From positions 2,705 through 66,704 of the forward strand of contig JAOAPR010000248.1 of assembly GCA_025463005.1 (NCBI GenBank): a DNA stretch of 64,000 nucleotides. The letters run 5' to 3'. The DNA is from Bryobacterales bacterium. Its GTDB lineage: Bacteria; Acidobacteriota; Terriglobia; Bryobacterales; Bryobacteraceae. The notes beneath the pieces are model-generated. The model worked only from the letters and a program-made list of their open reading frames with translations, did not search any database and had not been told where the DNA came from. This document shows positions 27,331 to 39,664 of the stretch, one piece after another. Position numbers and translations under genes: made by a program. Position 1 is the first letter of the stretch. Each line of letters begins with the position of its first letter.

Positions 27331-28743
27331 ATGAGTCACAATAACTCCGCAACCCGCTCACTCACCCGCCGCAGCGTCCTCGCGACCCCCATCGCGCTGG
27401 CTATAGGTACACGCGCCGCGCTGGCTGCTGATCCTCCGCCGAACATCGTCTTTATCCTCGCCGACGACCTCGGCTATGCCGACACCTCCTGCTACGGCCG
27501 CCGCGATTACTCCACTCCCCACATCGACAGCATCGCTGCCCGCGGTATGAAGTTGACACAGGCGTATGCCAACTCGGCGGTCTGCACAGCCACGCGCGTC
27601 GCGCTCGTCACTGGCCGCTATCAATACCGCGTCGCCGTCGGTCTGGAGGAGCCTCTCGGCGGCGGACCGCGCAACATCGGCCTCTCGCGATTTCACCCGA
27701 CACTTCCTTCCTTGCTGAAGAAGGTCGGCTACGGCACGACCCTCCTCGGCAAGTGGCACCTTGGCCAGTTGCCCGACTATGGCCCGCTCCAGAGCGGTTA
27801 CGATCACTTCTGGGGGTTCCGCGGCGGCGCGCTCGATTACTATACCCACAAGTCCGGCGCCGCCAATACCAATACCGGCGATCTTTGGGATGACGATGCC
27901 AAAATCGAGCAGACCGGCTATCTCACCGATCTCCTGGGTGACCGTGCGGTGAAAGTGGTTAGCGACTATGCGAGGCAAAAGCGGCCGTTCCTGCTGAGCC
28001 TGCATTTCAATGCTCCCCACTGGCCTTGGGAAGCCCCCGGAGATGAGGCCGAATCGCAGCGCATCCGCACCTTGTTTGACTTCGACGGCGGTTCGCTCAA
28101 AACCTATGCCGGCATGGTCATCCGCATGGACCAGCAGATCGGCCGCGTGCTCGAAGCGATAAACAGCGCCGGAATCGCTTCGAACACCATCGTCATCTTC
28201 ACCAGCGACAACGGCGGCGAGCGTTTCTCAGATACCTGGCCCTTCAGCGGCAAGAAATCCGAGCTGCTGGAAGGCGGTCTCCGCATCCCCGCGCTAATCC
28301 GTTGGCCAGGACACATCAAAGCTGGCAGCACAACAGCGCAGGTCGCGATCACCATGGACTGGCTGCCCACGCTGCTTGCCGTGGCCGGCGCGCAGCCCGA
28401 TCCCAATTACCCGTTGGATGGAATGAACCTCGTCCCGGCGCTTACCCAGAATGCGGCTCCAGTGTCTCGAAAGTTGTTCTGGCGATACAGGGCTAACGCG
28501 CAGCGCGCCGTCCGCGATGGCGACATGAAATGGCTCAAAATAGGCGAGAACACGTTCCTGTTTAACGTCGTCTCCGATCCGCTGGAACGCGCCAATCTCA
28601 AGGACCGCCAGCCCGATGTCTACCGCCGCCTGGTGAACGATTACGAAACCTGGAACGCTTCCATGCTGCCGCTCGACCCGTCCTCCAATACCAGCACGTT
28701 TACCGCTGATCAGCTCGCGGACCACATCGGCAACAAACGCTGA
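27331..28743 (+). CDS. Arylsulfatase-family (formylglycine-dependent) sulfatase with Tat-like signal
   Basis: ATG 27331 lies within ORF 27133..28743. SLTRRSVLATPIALAIGTRAALA, NIVFILADDLGYAD, the FGly motif variant CTATRVALVTGR (C-x-A-x-R), and ..FTSDNGG.. Confidence 0.85.
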   Translation: MSHNNSATRSLTRRSVLATPIALAIGTRAALAADPPPNIVFILADDLGYADTSCYGRRDYSTPHIDSIAARGMKLTQAYANSAVCTATRVALVTGRYQYRVAVGLEEPLGGGPRNIGLSRFHPTLPSLLKKVGYGTTLLGKWHLGQLPDYGPLQSGYDHFWGFRGGALDYYTHKSGAANTNTGDLWDDDAKIEQTGYLTDLLGDRAVKVVSDYARQKRPFLLSLHFNAPHWPWEAPGDEAESQRIRTLFDFDGGSLKTYAGMVIRMDQQIGRVLEAINSAGIASNTIVIFTSDNGGERFSDTWPFSGKKSELLEGGLRIPALIRWPGHIKAGSTTAQVAITMDWLPTLLAVAGAQPDPNYPLDGMNLVPALTQNAAPVSRKLFWRYRANAQRAVRDGDMKWLKIGENTFLFNVVSDPLERANLKDRQPDVYRRLVNDYETWNASMLPLDPSSNTSTFTADQLADHIGNKR

Positions 28744-28761
28744 CGACGATGTGTGACAGCT

Positions 28762-28956
28762 TTAGCTCTTGCTCAAGCGAATCGGTATCTTGCGATAGAC
28801 CACGCGCTGTCCGCCGGGCTCGTCCTGAAGCCGCAGCCGGATCAGTTCGGCTCTCTTAAGAATGTCGCGGCGTCTGGCCGCACTTCGACCCATGTGTACC
28901 AGAACCGCAAGTACTACCAGCGCCACTCCGAAAATAGCGAAAAGAGACAACAACAT
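28762..28956 (-). CDS. Possible small membrane protein (64 aa)
   Basis: Internal Met of ORF 28762..29106: MLLSLFAIFGVALVVLAVLVHMGRSAARRRDILKRAE.. gives one TM helix and a basic tail. No family recognised. Confidence 0.3.
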   Translation of the reverse strand: MLLSLFAIFGVALVVLAVLVHMGRSAARRRDILKRAELIRLRLQDEPGGQRVVYRKIPIRLSKS

Positions 28957-29191
28957 GGCAACTCTCTCATCCCAGGGGATCGGCCGCCCTTCAGTAGCGA
29001 ACCTGCAGGACTGACCGACCGTCCCCGGCGATAGCGGGCAGGCTCTCGGAGGAAGAAGCCCACTGCGCTTTGCAGAGAATTCTATCACGACGTCGCCTCG
29101 AGTCAAGACAGTGTATGCCGAAAGATAGTATCGTCTTGCGTGCTGCCGTTCCGTTGTGCCCTAACTCACCCTGCGCTAATCTGAAGGGGCC

Positions 29192-30496
29192 ATGAAAACG
29201 CTCCACTGGATCCTCCCCACCGGATTGCTGGTTTTGTCTGCGAGCTTAATGCTCTACGCCGCCAAAACCGACGGCATGACCGTCATGACCGGCAAGCAGG
29301 CCTTCACCAATACGGCTTCACTCAAGCCCGGTCTGGCGCGCAAGATCACGGCCAAGGATCTTCCTAAACCCGGCGACACGCCCTCTGGCCGGAGCGGCGG
29401 CGCCGGGACGCGGCCTGCGGACGTTTTCCCGCAAGCACCCGCCGGTTTCAAGGTCGAGATGTATGTGGGAGAAGGACTCACAAATCCTCGACAGATTCGC
29501 ACCGCGCCTAATGGCGATTACTTCGTCACCGACACCAGCGCAGGTCAGATAAAAATCTTTCGCGGCATTACAGCCGACGGCAAGCCCCAGGAAACTTCGG
29601 TCTTCGCAACGGGTTTGACGCAACCCTTCGGGATTAACTTCTATCCCGTCGGAGCGAATCCGCAGTGGGTCTATGTGGGAAACACCAATTCGCTGGTGCG
29701 TTTTCCCTACAAGAACGGCGACCTGAAGGCCACCGGCCCGTCCGAGACGTTGATCGCGGAACTTCCGTCAGGCGGCGGTCACCGGACGCGTGACGTGGTC
29801 TTCTCGAAAGACGGCAAGAGCATGTTCGTGGCGGTAGGCTCGGCGTCCAACAATGACGACAACCAGGCGGAATTTCATCGCGCCAACATTCTCGAATACA
29901 CACCTGATGGAAAGTTCGTTGGAATCTACGGAGCGGGCATTCGAAACCCGGTCGGTCTCGCAATCAATCCTGAAACCGGCGAGCTGTGGACCTCCATTAA
30001 CGAGCGCGACACCTACGGCGACAACCTGGTTCCCGATTACGTGACCCACGTCGAGCGCGGCGGTTTTTATGGCTGGCCCTGGTTCTACATCGGCGGCAAT
30101 TACGATCCCAAGCATGAAGGCAAGCATCCCGAGCTGAAAGACAAAGTGATCGTTCCCGACGTGCTGATCCAACCGCACAGTGCATCACTGGGAATGGCCT
30201 TTTACGACGGAAAACAATTCCCGGCTGATTATTCCGGCGATGCCTTTGTCGCCGAGCACGGCTCCTGGAACCACGCAGCGGGCTCGGGCCGCGAAGTCAT
30301 CCGGATCCCAATCGAAAAAGGGCGCGCCAGCGGAGTGTATCAGGATTTTCTCACCGGCTTCGTCACCAACGGGATCGCCTGGGGAAGACCGGTTGGGGTG
30401 GCCGTTGCGCGCGATGGCTCACTGCTTGTTACCGATGACGGCGCCCGGGCTATCTGGCGCGTAAGCTACACGGGCAATCAGGCCAAGGGCAAGTAA
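29192..30496 (+). CDS. PQQ-dependent sugar (glucose/sorbosone) dehydrogenase-family beta-propeller protein
   Basis: Signal peptide, then ..LTNPRQIRTAPNGDYFVTDTSAGQIKIF.., ..RNPVGLAINPETGELWTSINERD..GDNLVPDY.. and ..GRPVGVAVARDGSLLVTDD.. This is the soluble GDH/sorbosone dehydrogenase pattern. Confidence 0.8.
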   Translation: MKTLHWILPTGLLVLSASLMLYAAKTDGMTVMTGKQAFTNTASLKPGLARKITAKDLPKPGDTPSGRSGGAGTRPADVFPQAPAGFKVEMYVGEGLTNPRQIRTAPNGDYFVTDTSAGQIKIFRGITADGKPQETSVFATGLTQPFGINFYPVGANPQWVYVGNTNSLVRFPYKNGDLKATGPSETLIAELPSGGGHRTRDVVFSKDGKSMFVAVGSASNNDDNQAEFHRANILEYTPDGKFVGIYGAGIRNPVGLAINPETGELWTSINERDTYGDNLVPDYVTHVERGGFYGWPWFYIGGNYDPKHEGKHPELKDKVIVPDVLIQPHSASLGMAFYDGKQFPADYSGDAFVAEHGSWNHAAGSGREVIRIPIEKGRASGVYQDFLTGFVTNGIAWGRPVGVAVARDGSLLVTDDGARAIWRVSYTGNQAKGK

Positions 30497-30585
30497 GAGC
30501 CGAAACGTTCAGAGCGGTTCGGGCAAAAATACCTCTCCGGGGAATTTTGCGCGGCGCATGTGCAGCGGGACCAATGATTTAGGTC

Positions 30586-31473
30586 GTGAAACTCATTGGC
30601 AAGCCGATTGCTTCAATGTGTCCGGTTGTTATGCAAAAGCGACTCGCCGTTGGATTCGCCATGGGGGCCATTGCGGTATTCGGATCGCCTCCAGATGCCC
30701 ATGAGATCATGTCTCGCTCCGTAAAGGTTACGGAAGCGAACTGGACCGAAGCGCCGAACTATTCCTTTCTGCGCACTGACGTCAAGAGCAAGCACGGGTC
30801 GGAGCCAGCCAGAAAAACCTATGAGGTTCTGATGATCGAAGGCTCGCCGTATTTGAAGGTGGTCGCGGAAGACGGCCGAACCTTGGCGGGCGTTCCGGCG
30901 CAGGAAGAGGAGCAGAAACTCCGACGGGAGATTTCGAGGCGCGGCGCTGAGTCTCCGCGAGAACGCCAGAGACGAATCGAAAAGTATACAGCGGAACGAA
31001 ATCACGATCGCGCGATTTTGACCGAGCTATGCGACGCCTTCGACTATACCGTTAGCGGCGAGCAACGCATTGACGGTCGAGAAGTGTGGGTCCTCCACGG
31101 AACACCCAAGCCGAACTACGTCGCGAAGAGCCGCGAGGCGAAAGTTCTCGGCGGAATGGAAGTGAAGTTCTGGATCGACAAGCAAACCTATCAATGGCCG
31201 CGCGTGGAAGCCGAGGTCAAGACCCCGGTCTCCATGTACGGACTCGCGAAGGTGAATCCCGGGACCAGATTTATTCTCGAGCAGCAGGCCATTTCGTCGA
31301 ATCTCTGGTTGCCGAAACGTTTCCAGATTCAAGTCAGCGCGACCGCGCTCGGTTTCATTAATCAAGATTCCACGCGCGAGGAAACCTACAGCGATTACCG
31401 GCGCGGCGGCCAGGCGACCACTGCATCCGGTGGCAAGATCAGTAACAGCCAGGCCGCCCCTGCCGTCGAGTAG
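30586..31473 (+). CDS. Hypothetical secreted protein (LolA-like/outer-membrane lipoprotein-sorting-like fold suspected)
   Basis: 295-aa ORF with protein-like composition and an N-terminal hydrophobic segment (RLAVGFAMGAIAVFG). No catalytic motif recognised. Start uncertain (GTG 30586 or downstream Met). Confidence 0.6.
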   Translation: MKLIGKPIASMCPVVMQKRLAVGFAMGAIAVFGSPPDAHEIMSRSVKVTEANWTEAPNYSFLRTDVKSKHGSEPARKTYEVLMIEGSPYLKVVAEDGRTLAGVPAQEEEQKLRREISRRGAESPRERQRRIEKYTAERNHDRAILTELCDAFDYTVSGEQRIDGREVWVLHGTPKPNYVAKSREAKVLGGMEVKFWIDKQTYQWPRVEAEVKTPVSMYGLAKVNPGTRFILEQQAISSNLWLPKRFQIQVSATALGFINQDSTREETYSDYRRGGQATTASGGKISNSQAAPAVE

Positions 31474-31482
31474 TCTGCAGCC

Positions 31483-32205
31483 TTGGCAGAGATTAGGATC
31501 GGCACCTCCGGGTGGCATTACAAGCACTGGATCGGTACCTTTTATCCGGCGCGGTGGCCCGCTTCAAAGATGCTCGCCTGGTACCAGGCGCGGTTTGATA
31601 CCGTCGAGCTAAACAACACCTTCTACCGTCTTCCTCCCGAAAAGGCGCTCAAACAGTGGCGATCCTCCACGCCTGCGAATTTCGTCTTCGCGGTGAAGGG
31701 CAGCCGATTTCTCACGCATATGAAGAAGCTGAAGGATCCGGCTCCGGGCCTCGAGAAGTTCTTCTCTCGCGTCGACCTGCTCAAGGAGAAGCTCGGGCCG
31801 ATTCTGTTTCAACTGCCGCCTAACTTCGAGGTAAATATCCCGCGTCTGCAAGGATTTCTCGATGCTCTTCCGCGACGGCATCGCTATGCATTCGAGTTTC
31901 GCAATCCGACCTGGAATAGTCCGGAGGTTTTTCGTCTCTTGTGCCAGCGCAATGCCGCCTACTGCCCGTTTCACCTCGCGGGCTATCAATCTCCGATTGA
32001 AATCACCGCGGATTTTACGTATGTCCGCCTGCACGGCCCGGGAGGAAAATATCAGGGCAGCTATGACGACGACGCACTCAAAAGCTGGGCCCGGAGGACC
32101 AAGAAATGGCGCCGCGAGCTGAAGGCGATCTACGTGTACTTCGACAATGACGATTCGGGTTACGCGGCGCTAAATGCGCTCCGATTGCGGGAATTACTGA
32201 GCTAA
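31483..32205 (+). CDS. DUF72 (YecE-like) domain protein
   Basis: MAEIRIGTSGWHYKHWIGTFYP.., ..VELNNTFYRLP.. and ..FAVKGSRFLTH.. are the canonical DUF72 signature. Confidence 0.85.
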   Translation: MAEIRIGTSGWHYKHWIGTFYPARWPASKMLAWYQARFDTVELNNTFYRLPPEKALKQWRSSTPANFVFAVKGSRFLTHMKKLKDPAPGLEKFFSRVDLLKEKLGPILFQLPPNFEVNIPRLQGFLDALPRRHRYAFEFRNPTWNSPEVFRLLCQRNAAYCPFHLAGYQSPIEITADFTYVRLHGPGGKYQGSYDDDALKSWARRTKKWRRELKAIYVYFDNDDSGYAALNALRLRELLS

Positions 32206-32216
32206 ACTGGAGCGCA

Positions 32217-33077
32217 ATGTCCACTCTGACCATTCGACGTGCGAAGCCGGAAGACGCAGCGGTTAGCGGCAAGATCTGCTACGAAGCTTTCCACAACATC
32301 AACACCGAGCACGGATTCCCTCCTGATTTGCCTTCGCTGGAACCGGCGGTAGGCGTGCTGACCACGATGTTCGGGCATCCCGGCTTCTACTGCGTGGTGG
32401 CGGAGGATGGCGGGCGGATCGTAGGCAGCAACTGCATGGACGAACGCTCGCCTATCGCCGGGATCGGACCCATCACCATCGATCCCGGTGCGCAGAACCG
32501 CGGCATCGGTCGGAAGCTCATGCAGGCGGTGCTGGATCGTGCTCGCGAGCGGAATGCTCCCGGAGTCCGTCTGGTACAGGCGGCATTTCACGGCCGGTCC
32601 CTGTCGCTCTACACTGTGTTGGGATTCGATGCGCGGGAACCGCTTTCGGTGATGCAGGGGCCCGCGATCAAGAAAAAAATGGAGGGGTGGGCGGTGCGAC
32701 CCGCGACGGCTGCTGATTTGGACGCGTGCAATCGCGTGTGCGTGCAGGTGCATGGGCACGATCGCGGCGGGGATCTGGCGGATTCGATCGCGCAGGGGAC
32801 CGCGGCGGTGGTGGAACGGCACGGCCGTATCACGGCGTACTGCAGCAGCCTGGCGTTCTTCGGGCACGCGGTCGCGGAGAGCAATCCGGACTTGCAGGCG
32901 CTGATCGCGGCGGCAGAGGGATTCGGCGGGCCGGGCATCCTGGTGCCGACCCGTAACGCGGAGCTGTTCCGGTGGTGCCTGGCGAACGGGCTCCGAGTTG
33001 TGGAGCCGATGACGCTGATGACGCTCGGTTTGTACAACGAGCCGGCGGGGGCTTATCTGGCGTCGATTTTGTATTGA
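32217..33077 (+). CDS. GNAT family N-acetyltransferase
   Basis: IRRAKPEDAAV.. and the acetyl-CoA-binding-type motif QNRGIGRKLMQAVLDRA; two-lobed length of 286 aa. Confidence 0.75.
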   Translation: MSTLTIRRAKPEDAAVSGKICYEAFHNINTEHGFPPDLPSLEPAVGVLTTMFGHPGFYCVVAEDGGRIVGSNCMDERSPIAGIGPITIDPGAQNRGIGRKLMQAVLDRARERNAPGVRLVQAAFHGRSLSLYTVLGFDAREPLSVMQGPAIKKKMEGWAVRPATAADLDACNRVCVQVHGHDRGGDLADSIAQGTAAVVERHGRITAYCSSLAFFGHAVAESNPDLQALIAAAEGFGGPGILVPTRNAELFRWCLANGLRVVEPMTLMTLGLYNEPAGAYLASILY

Positions 33078-33161
33078 GTTTGTATTTTATGAAGCGTGAA
33101 AGCGCGCCCCAGAATGTGGTGAAATAGAGGAGACGTCCCCCGGTCTGGAGGCAACACCCCA

Positions 33162-34286
33162 TTGAACCCAGCAGTTCTCGCCCTGGAAGACGGCACGGTC
33201 TTCGAGGGACAGAGTTTTGGTGCGCCCGTAGAACGCACAGGTGAAGTGGTCTTCAATACCGCGATCACCGGATACCAGGAAGTCTTCACGGACCCTTCCT
33301 ACTCCGGGCAGATCGTGGTGCTGACGAACCCGCAAATCGGCAACTACGGAGCCAACATTAACGACTCGGAATCGGCGCGGCCTTACATCGAAGGGCTGGC
33401 TGTGCGCGAGTTTTCTCCGCTGGCCAGTAACTGGCGCTCCGATGAAACGGCTCAACAATTTTTGACCAACAGCGGCGTTCCCGTAATTTCCGGAATCGAC
33501 ACGCGTGCGCTGGTGCTGCATCTGCGGTCGCGCGGCGTCATGCGCGGGATCCTATCGTCGGTTTCGACGGACGCGAAGGAGCTGGTGGAGCGGGCCAGAA
33601 ACTCGCCTTCGATGAACGGCCTGGACCTTGCGACGCGAGTCTCGACAGCGGAGCAGTACACGTGGGATCGTGGGGCGATCGCGGCCTCGCCGTCGGAAGA
33701 TGTCGGCAATCCGGCGGAGCCGCGGTTTCACGTAGTGGCTTACGATTTCGGGATCAAGCGCAATATTCTGCGCATGCTGGTGCAATTGGGCAGCCGCGTA
33801 ACGGTGGTGCCGGCCGGCACGAAAGCCGAAGACGTGCTCGCGCTGAAACCGAGCGGCGTGTTTCTTTCGAACGGCCCTGGCGATCCGGAGCCGTTGACGT
33901 ACCAGGCGGAGCAGGTGCGCAGGCTGGTCGGACAGGTGCCGATTTTTGGGATCTGCCTGGGTCACCAGATCCTGGGGCTGGCGCTGGGCGGGAAAACGTT
34001 CAAGCTGAAGTTCGGGCACCGTGGCGCGAATCATCCAGTGCTGAATAAGGTAACCGGTCGCGTCGAGATTACCTCGCACAATCACGGGTTTGCGGTTGAC
34101 CCGGATTCGCTGAACTTAAATGACATAGAAATCACGCACATGAATCTGAATGACTCGACGCTGGAGGGATTCAGGCATCGTAATCATCCTGTGTTCTGTG
34201 TGCAGTATCATCCCGAAGCGGCGCCAGGACCGCACGATTCGCATTACTTGTTCGGGGATTTTGTGAAGCTGATGGAGGGGAAGTGA
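33162..34286 (+). CDS. carA: Carbamoyl-phosphate synthase small (glutaminase) subunit
   Basis: ..LEDGTVFEG.SFGA..GEVVFNT..TGYQE..TDPSY.GQIV.., the catalytic-Cys motif FGICLGHQ, and ..QYHPEA.PGPHD. The start codon is TTG at 33162. Confidence 0.95.
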   Translation: MNPAVLALEDGTVFEGQSFGAPVERTGEVVFNTAITGYQEVFTDPSYSGQIVVLTNPQIGNYGANINDSESARPYIEGLAVREFSPLASNWRSDETAQQFLTNSGVPVISGIDTRALVLHLRSRGVMRGILSSVSTDAKELVERARNSPSMNGLDLATRVSTAEQYTWDRGAIAASPSEDVGNPAEPRFHVVAYDFGIKRNILRMLVQLGSRVTVVPAGTKAEDVLALKPSGVFLSNGPGDPEPLTYQAEQVRRLVGQVPIFGICLGHQILGLALGGKTFKLKFGHRGANHPVLNKVTGRVEITSHNHGFAVDPDSLNLNDIEITHMNLNDSTLEGFRHRNHPVFCVQYHPEAAPGPHDSHYLFGDFVKLMEGK

Positions 34287-34304
34287 GACACGTCACGCGA
34301 CAAC

Positions 34305-34380
34305 GGGGACAGCCAGCCGATTTCGGGAAGCTTCTCCGGACAGACGATGCACTCGTTTTTCGAAATCGGAGGCAGTCCCC
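34305..34380. repeat. Palindromic ~76-nt repeat, copy c, inside the carA-carB spacer
   Basis: GGGGACAGCCAGCCGATTTCGGGAAGC...TTCGAAATCGGAGGCAGTCCCC is the reverse complement of the pattern at 18926-19000 and 21675-21750. The arms can pair over about 19 bp. Confidence 0.8.
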
Positions 34381-34384
34381 TTAA

Positions 34385-37612
<3,228 letters not shown>

Positions 37613-37614
37613 AC

Positions 37615-37827
37615 TTACCTCGCGACGTCTGGTACGGTGTCGCGGCTGCGCTTTTTGCGGTTGCGCTTGCGCGCCAGGGCCGCTTTCACGCGCTTCTTCT
37701 CGCCAGGCTTCAGGTAGAAGGAGTGGCGCTTGATCTCCTTGATGATTTCTTCGCGGAGCACCAAACGCTTGAAACGGCGCAGCGCGCTCTCCAGAGTCTC
37801 GCCGTCTTGAAGGTGAATTTCAGCCAT
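37615..37827 (-). CDS. rpsU: 30S ribosomal protein S21
   Basis: 70 aa. ..GETLESALRRFKR.....EIIKEIKRHSFYLKPGEKKR.K...ARKR.. is the S21 pattern. Confidence 0.9.
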   Translation of the reverse strand: MAEIHLQDGETLESALRRFKRLVLREEIIKEIKRHSFYLKPGEKKRVKAALARKRNRKKRSRDTVPDVAR

Positions 37828-37855
37828 TATTCTCTTCTATCTATTAGACCAGATC

Positions 37856-38062
37856 TCAGGCGCTTTTCTGCGGCTCGCGTCCGACTTCCTCATCGTACTC
37901 ATACCCTTGCAGCTCTTCCAGGATAGGATTACCCTCGGCAACTTCGGGTCCTGCTCCTGGTTCTTTGGGTTGCAGGCGTTTAGTGCGCTTTTCGTCCTGC
38001 TTCTCTTTGCGAGCCTGCTCTCTTTGCCGCTTTTTGAAAGACTGTGGGCCACGACCAGCCAT
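37856..38062 (-). CDS. Small Lys/Glu-rich hypothetical protein (68 aa) upstream of rpsU
   Basis: AGGAG lies 9 nt upstream of ATG 38062. MAGRGPQSFKKRQREQARKEKQDEKRTKRLQPKEP.. No family recognised. The stop is 28 nt before the rpsU start. Confidence 0.45.
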   Translation of the reverse strand: MAGRGPQSFKKRQREQARKEKQDEKRTKRLQPKEPGAGPEVAEGNPILEELQGYEYDEEVGREPQKSA

Positions 38063-38206
38063 ATATCATTGCTCCTGCTATAGATACGCCGCGCGCTCAC
38101 ACGGAACCGGGCGCGGGGCAGCGAAGAAGGCTATCTGCGTTTTAGCAAGAATACCACGACCGGCTGGGAGCAAGCCGCCAGCACTCTACTACTGTACCAT
38201 TAGCGC

Positions 38207-39664
38207 TCAACCCGCTTCCACCAGCCGGATCATGCTCAGATTCACCGTAAAGGTGCGGTCATCGGTGGGAACGGTCCAGGTGGGGGACGCCTGGATCTCG
38301 ACCGTGTATTCGGGGGCGTCCGGAAGATCGGTTTCGAGGATAAACAGCCCTGGACGGTCGAGTTTCCAGGACCCCGCTGGCGAGCCGTTGACGATCGCCC
38401 GGACCCCTCCGGGGATCCCCGGAGGGGACGCATGGCCGCGGATGCGCAGCCGCTGAGGCCCCGGTTTGACCCGGCCCAGGCGCACCGCGGCACGGGCTCC
38501 GATCCAGCGGTACTTGTTGCCGTGGATACCCTCGAGGTCATACCATTCGCCGAGCAGATGCTCTGCGTGGCTGGGCACGCTGAAGTCGATGATATCGTCG
38601 CGCTCGCCGGGGTAGAGCTCGCGACGTTCGGCGGAAGGGAGCAGGTTGTAGACCTGGCCTTCGAAGGGGGCGCGGTATTCGCAGGATCCGCAGAGCAGGT
38701 TGTCGCCGGCGTCATTAGAAAGTGAGGCGTGGCAGTCAGGGCAGCGCAGGAACCTTTCGAAGTTTGTTAGACCCGCCGGCCGGAGGCCGGCGCTACTGCC
38801 AGTGCTGCCTTTTTTCTTGCAAACAGCGGCGAGGGTTCCGCCGAGCCAGCGGGCGGCGCGGAGTTCCGAAGCAGCGCGTTTGACGATCCGTTCGCCCCAG
38901 CCGCGTTCCGGCACGAACACCTCGTACTCATGTTCGGCGAAGTATTTCCCCACCACAGCGTCCCAGTCGGCGAGTCCCATGGTGTGATTCTGACGGATCC
39001 CGAAGCTCTCCTCCTGATGCGCGCCGATCACGTCGCGGACTAGGTACCCGAGCAGGCCCCAGTCGTGCAGTCGACGCTCCCAGGGCTTCATGGTGTTGTA
39101 GTACGGGCAACGATAGAGCCGCAGCGAGAGCTGGCGCCGCACCGGCTCTTCGGCGAACAGAAACACGCCGCCGGGCTGCAGCACGCGGTGGACCTCGCGG
39201 AAAACCGCTTCGATATCCATGAACTGGCTCAGCATCTGGAAGGCGCAGACGAAGCGGAGCGATTGGTCCGCAAACGGAAGATTGGCCGCGTCGCCGGCCA
39301 GGCGGATCGGCGCACGGTCCAGATTCCAGGCGTCCATGAGGGCGCGGCCGTGGCGGAGCGAGTCGGCGGAGAGATCCAGGGCGAACCCCTCGGCGCCGAA
39401 TTCATTCGCGAGCATGTAGCTGGAGTGTCCCGCGTTGGCGCCGATTTCGAGGAACGGCGTCATCTCCCCAATGAAGTCCAGGTGACGGCGGATGACGGTT
39501 CTCCGGCGGATATTCTCTTCGGCGTAGATACGCAGATTGCGCTCGGGTTCGCCGAGCGAGGCGAAGTTGTGGAATTCGACCTGGGCGCGCTTAACGGAAA
39601 ATGGCTGCAAATCCCATTTTAGGTGAATGGCATGATGGTTCTTAATGCGAATTCTTGTAACCAA
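38207..39664 (-). CDS. Class I SAM-dependent methyltransferase with Trm112-like zinc-ribbon and extra C-terminal domain
   Basis: ..FLEIGANAGHSSYMLA..GFALDLS.. is SAM motif I, followed by ..LQPGGVFLFAEEP.. The Cys4 ribbon is RCPDCHASL...LLCGSCEYRA. The TTG start at 39664 is uncertain and overlaps the surE start. Confidence 0.75.
   Translation of the reverse strand: MVTRIRIKNHHAIHLKWDLQPFSVKRAQVEFHNFASLGEPERNLRIYAEENIRRRTVIRRHLDFIGEMTPFLEIGANAGHSSYMLANEFGAEGFALDLSADSLRHGRALMDAWNLDRAPIRLAGDAANLPFADQSLRFVCAFQMLSQFMDIEAVFREVHRVLQPGGVFLFAEEPVRRQLSLRLYRCPYYNTMKPWERRLHDWGLLGYLVRDVIGAHQEESFGIRQNHTMGLADWDAVVGKYFAEHEYEVFVPERGWGERIVKRAASELRAARWLGGTLAAVCKKKGSTGSSAGLRPAGLTNFERFLRCPDCHASLSNDAGDNLLCGSCEYRAPFEGQVYNLLPSAERRELYPGERDDIIDFSVPSHAEHLLGEWYDLEGIHGNKYRWIGARAAVRLGRVKPGPQRLRIRGHASPPGIPGGVRAIVNGSPAGSWKLDRPGLFILETDLPDAPEYTVEIQASPTWTVPTDDRTFTVNLSMIRLVEAG

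Noticed and set aside
22983-28743. A functional 'sulfur island' linking the sulfite-oxidase-family enzyme, the receptor at 24339-27275 and the sulfatase.
   Set aside because: Sulfatases release sulfate, not sulfite. The three genes are on alternating strands with separate promoters. Adjacency alone does not support a pathway.
30497-30540. Hairpin (gccgaaacg..cggttcgggc) after the sugar dehydrogenase gene, considered as a terminator.
   Set aside because: The stem is imperfect and is followed by an A-tract rather than a U-tract on the coding strand, so the evidence is not convincing.
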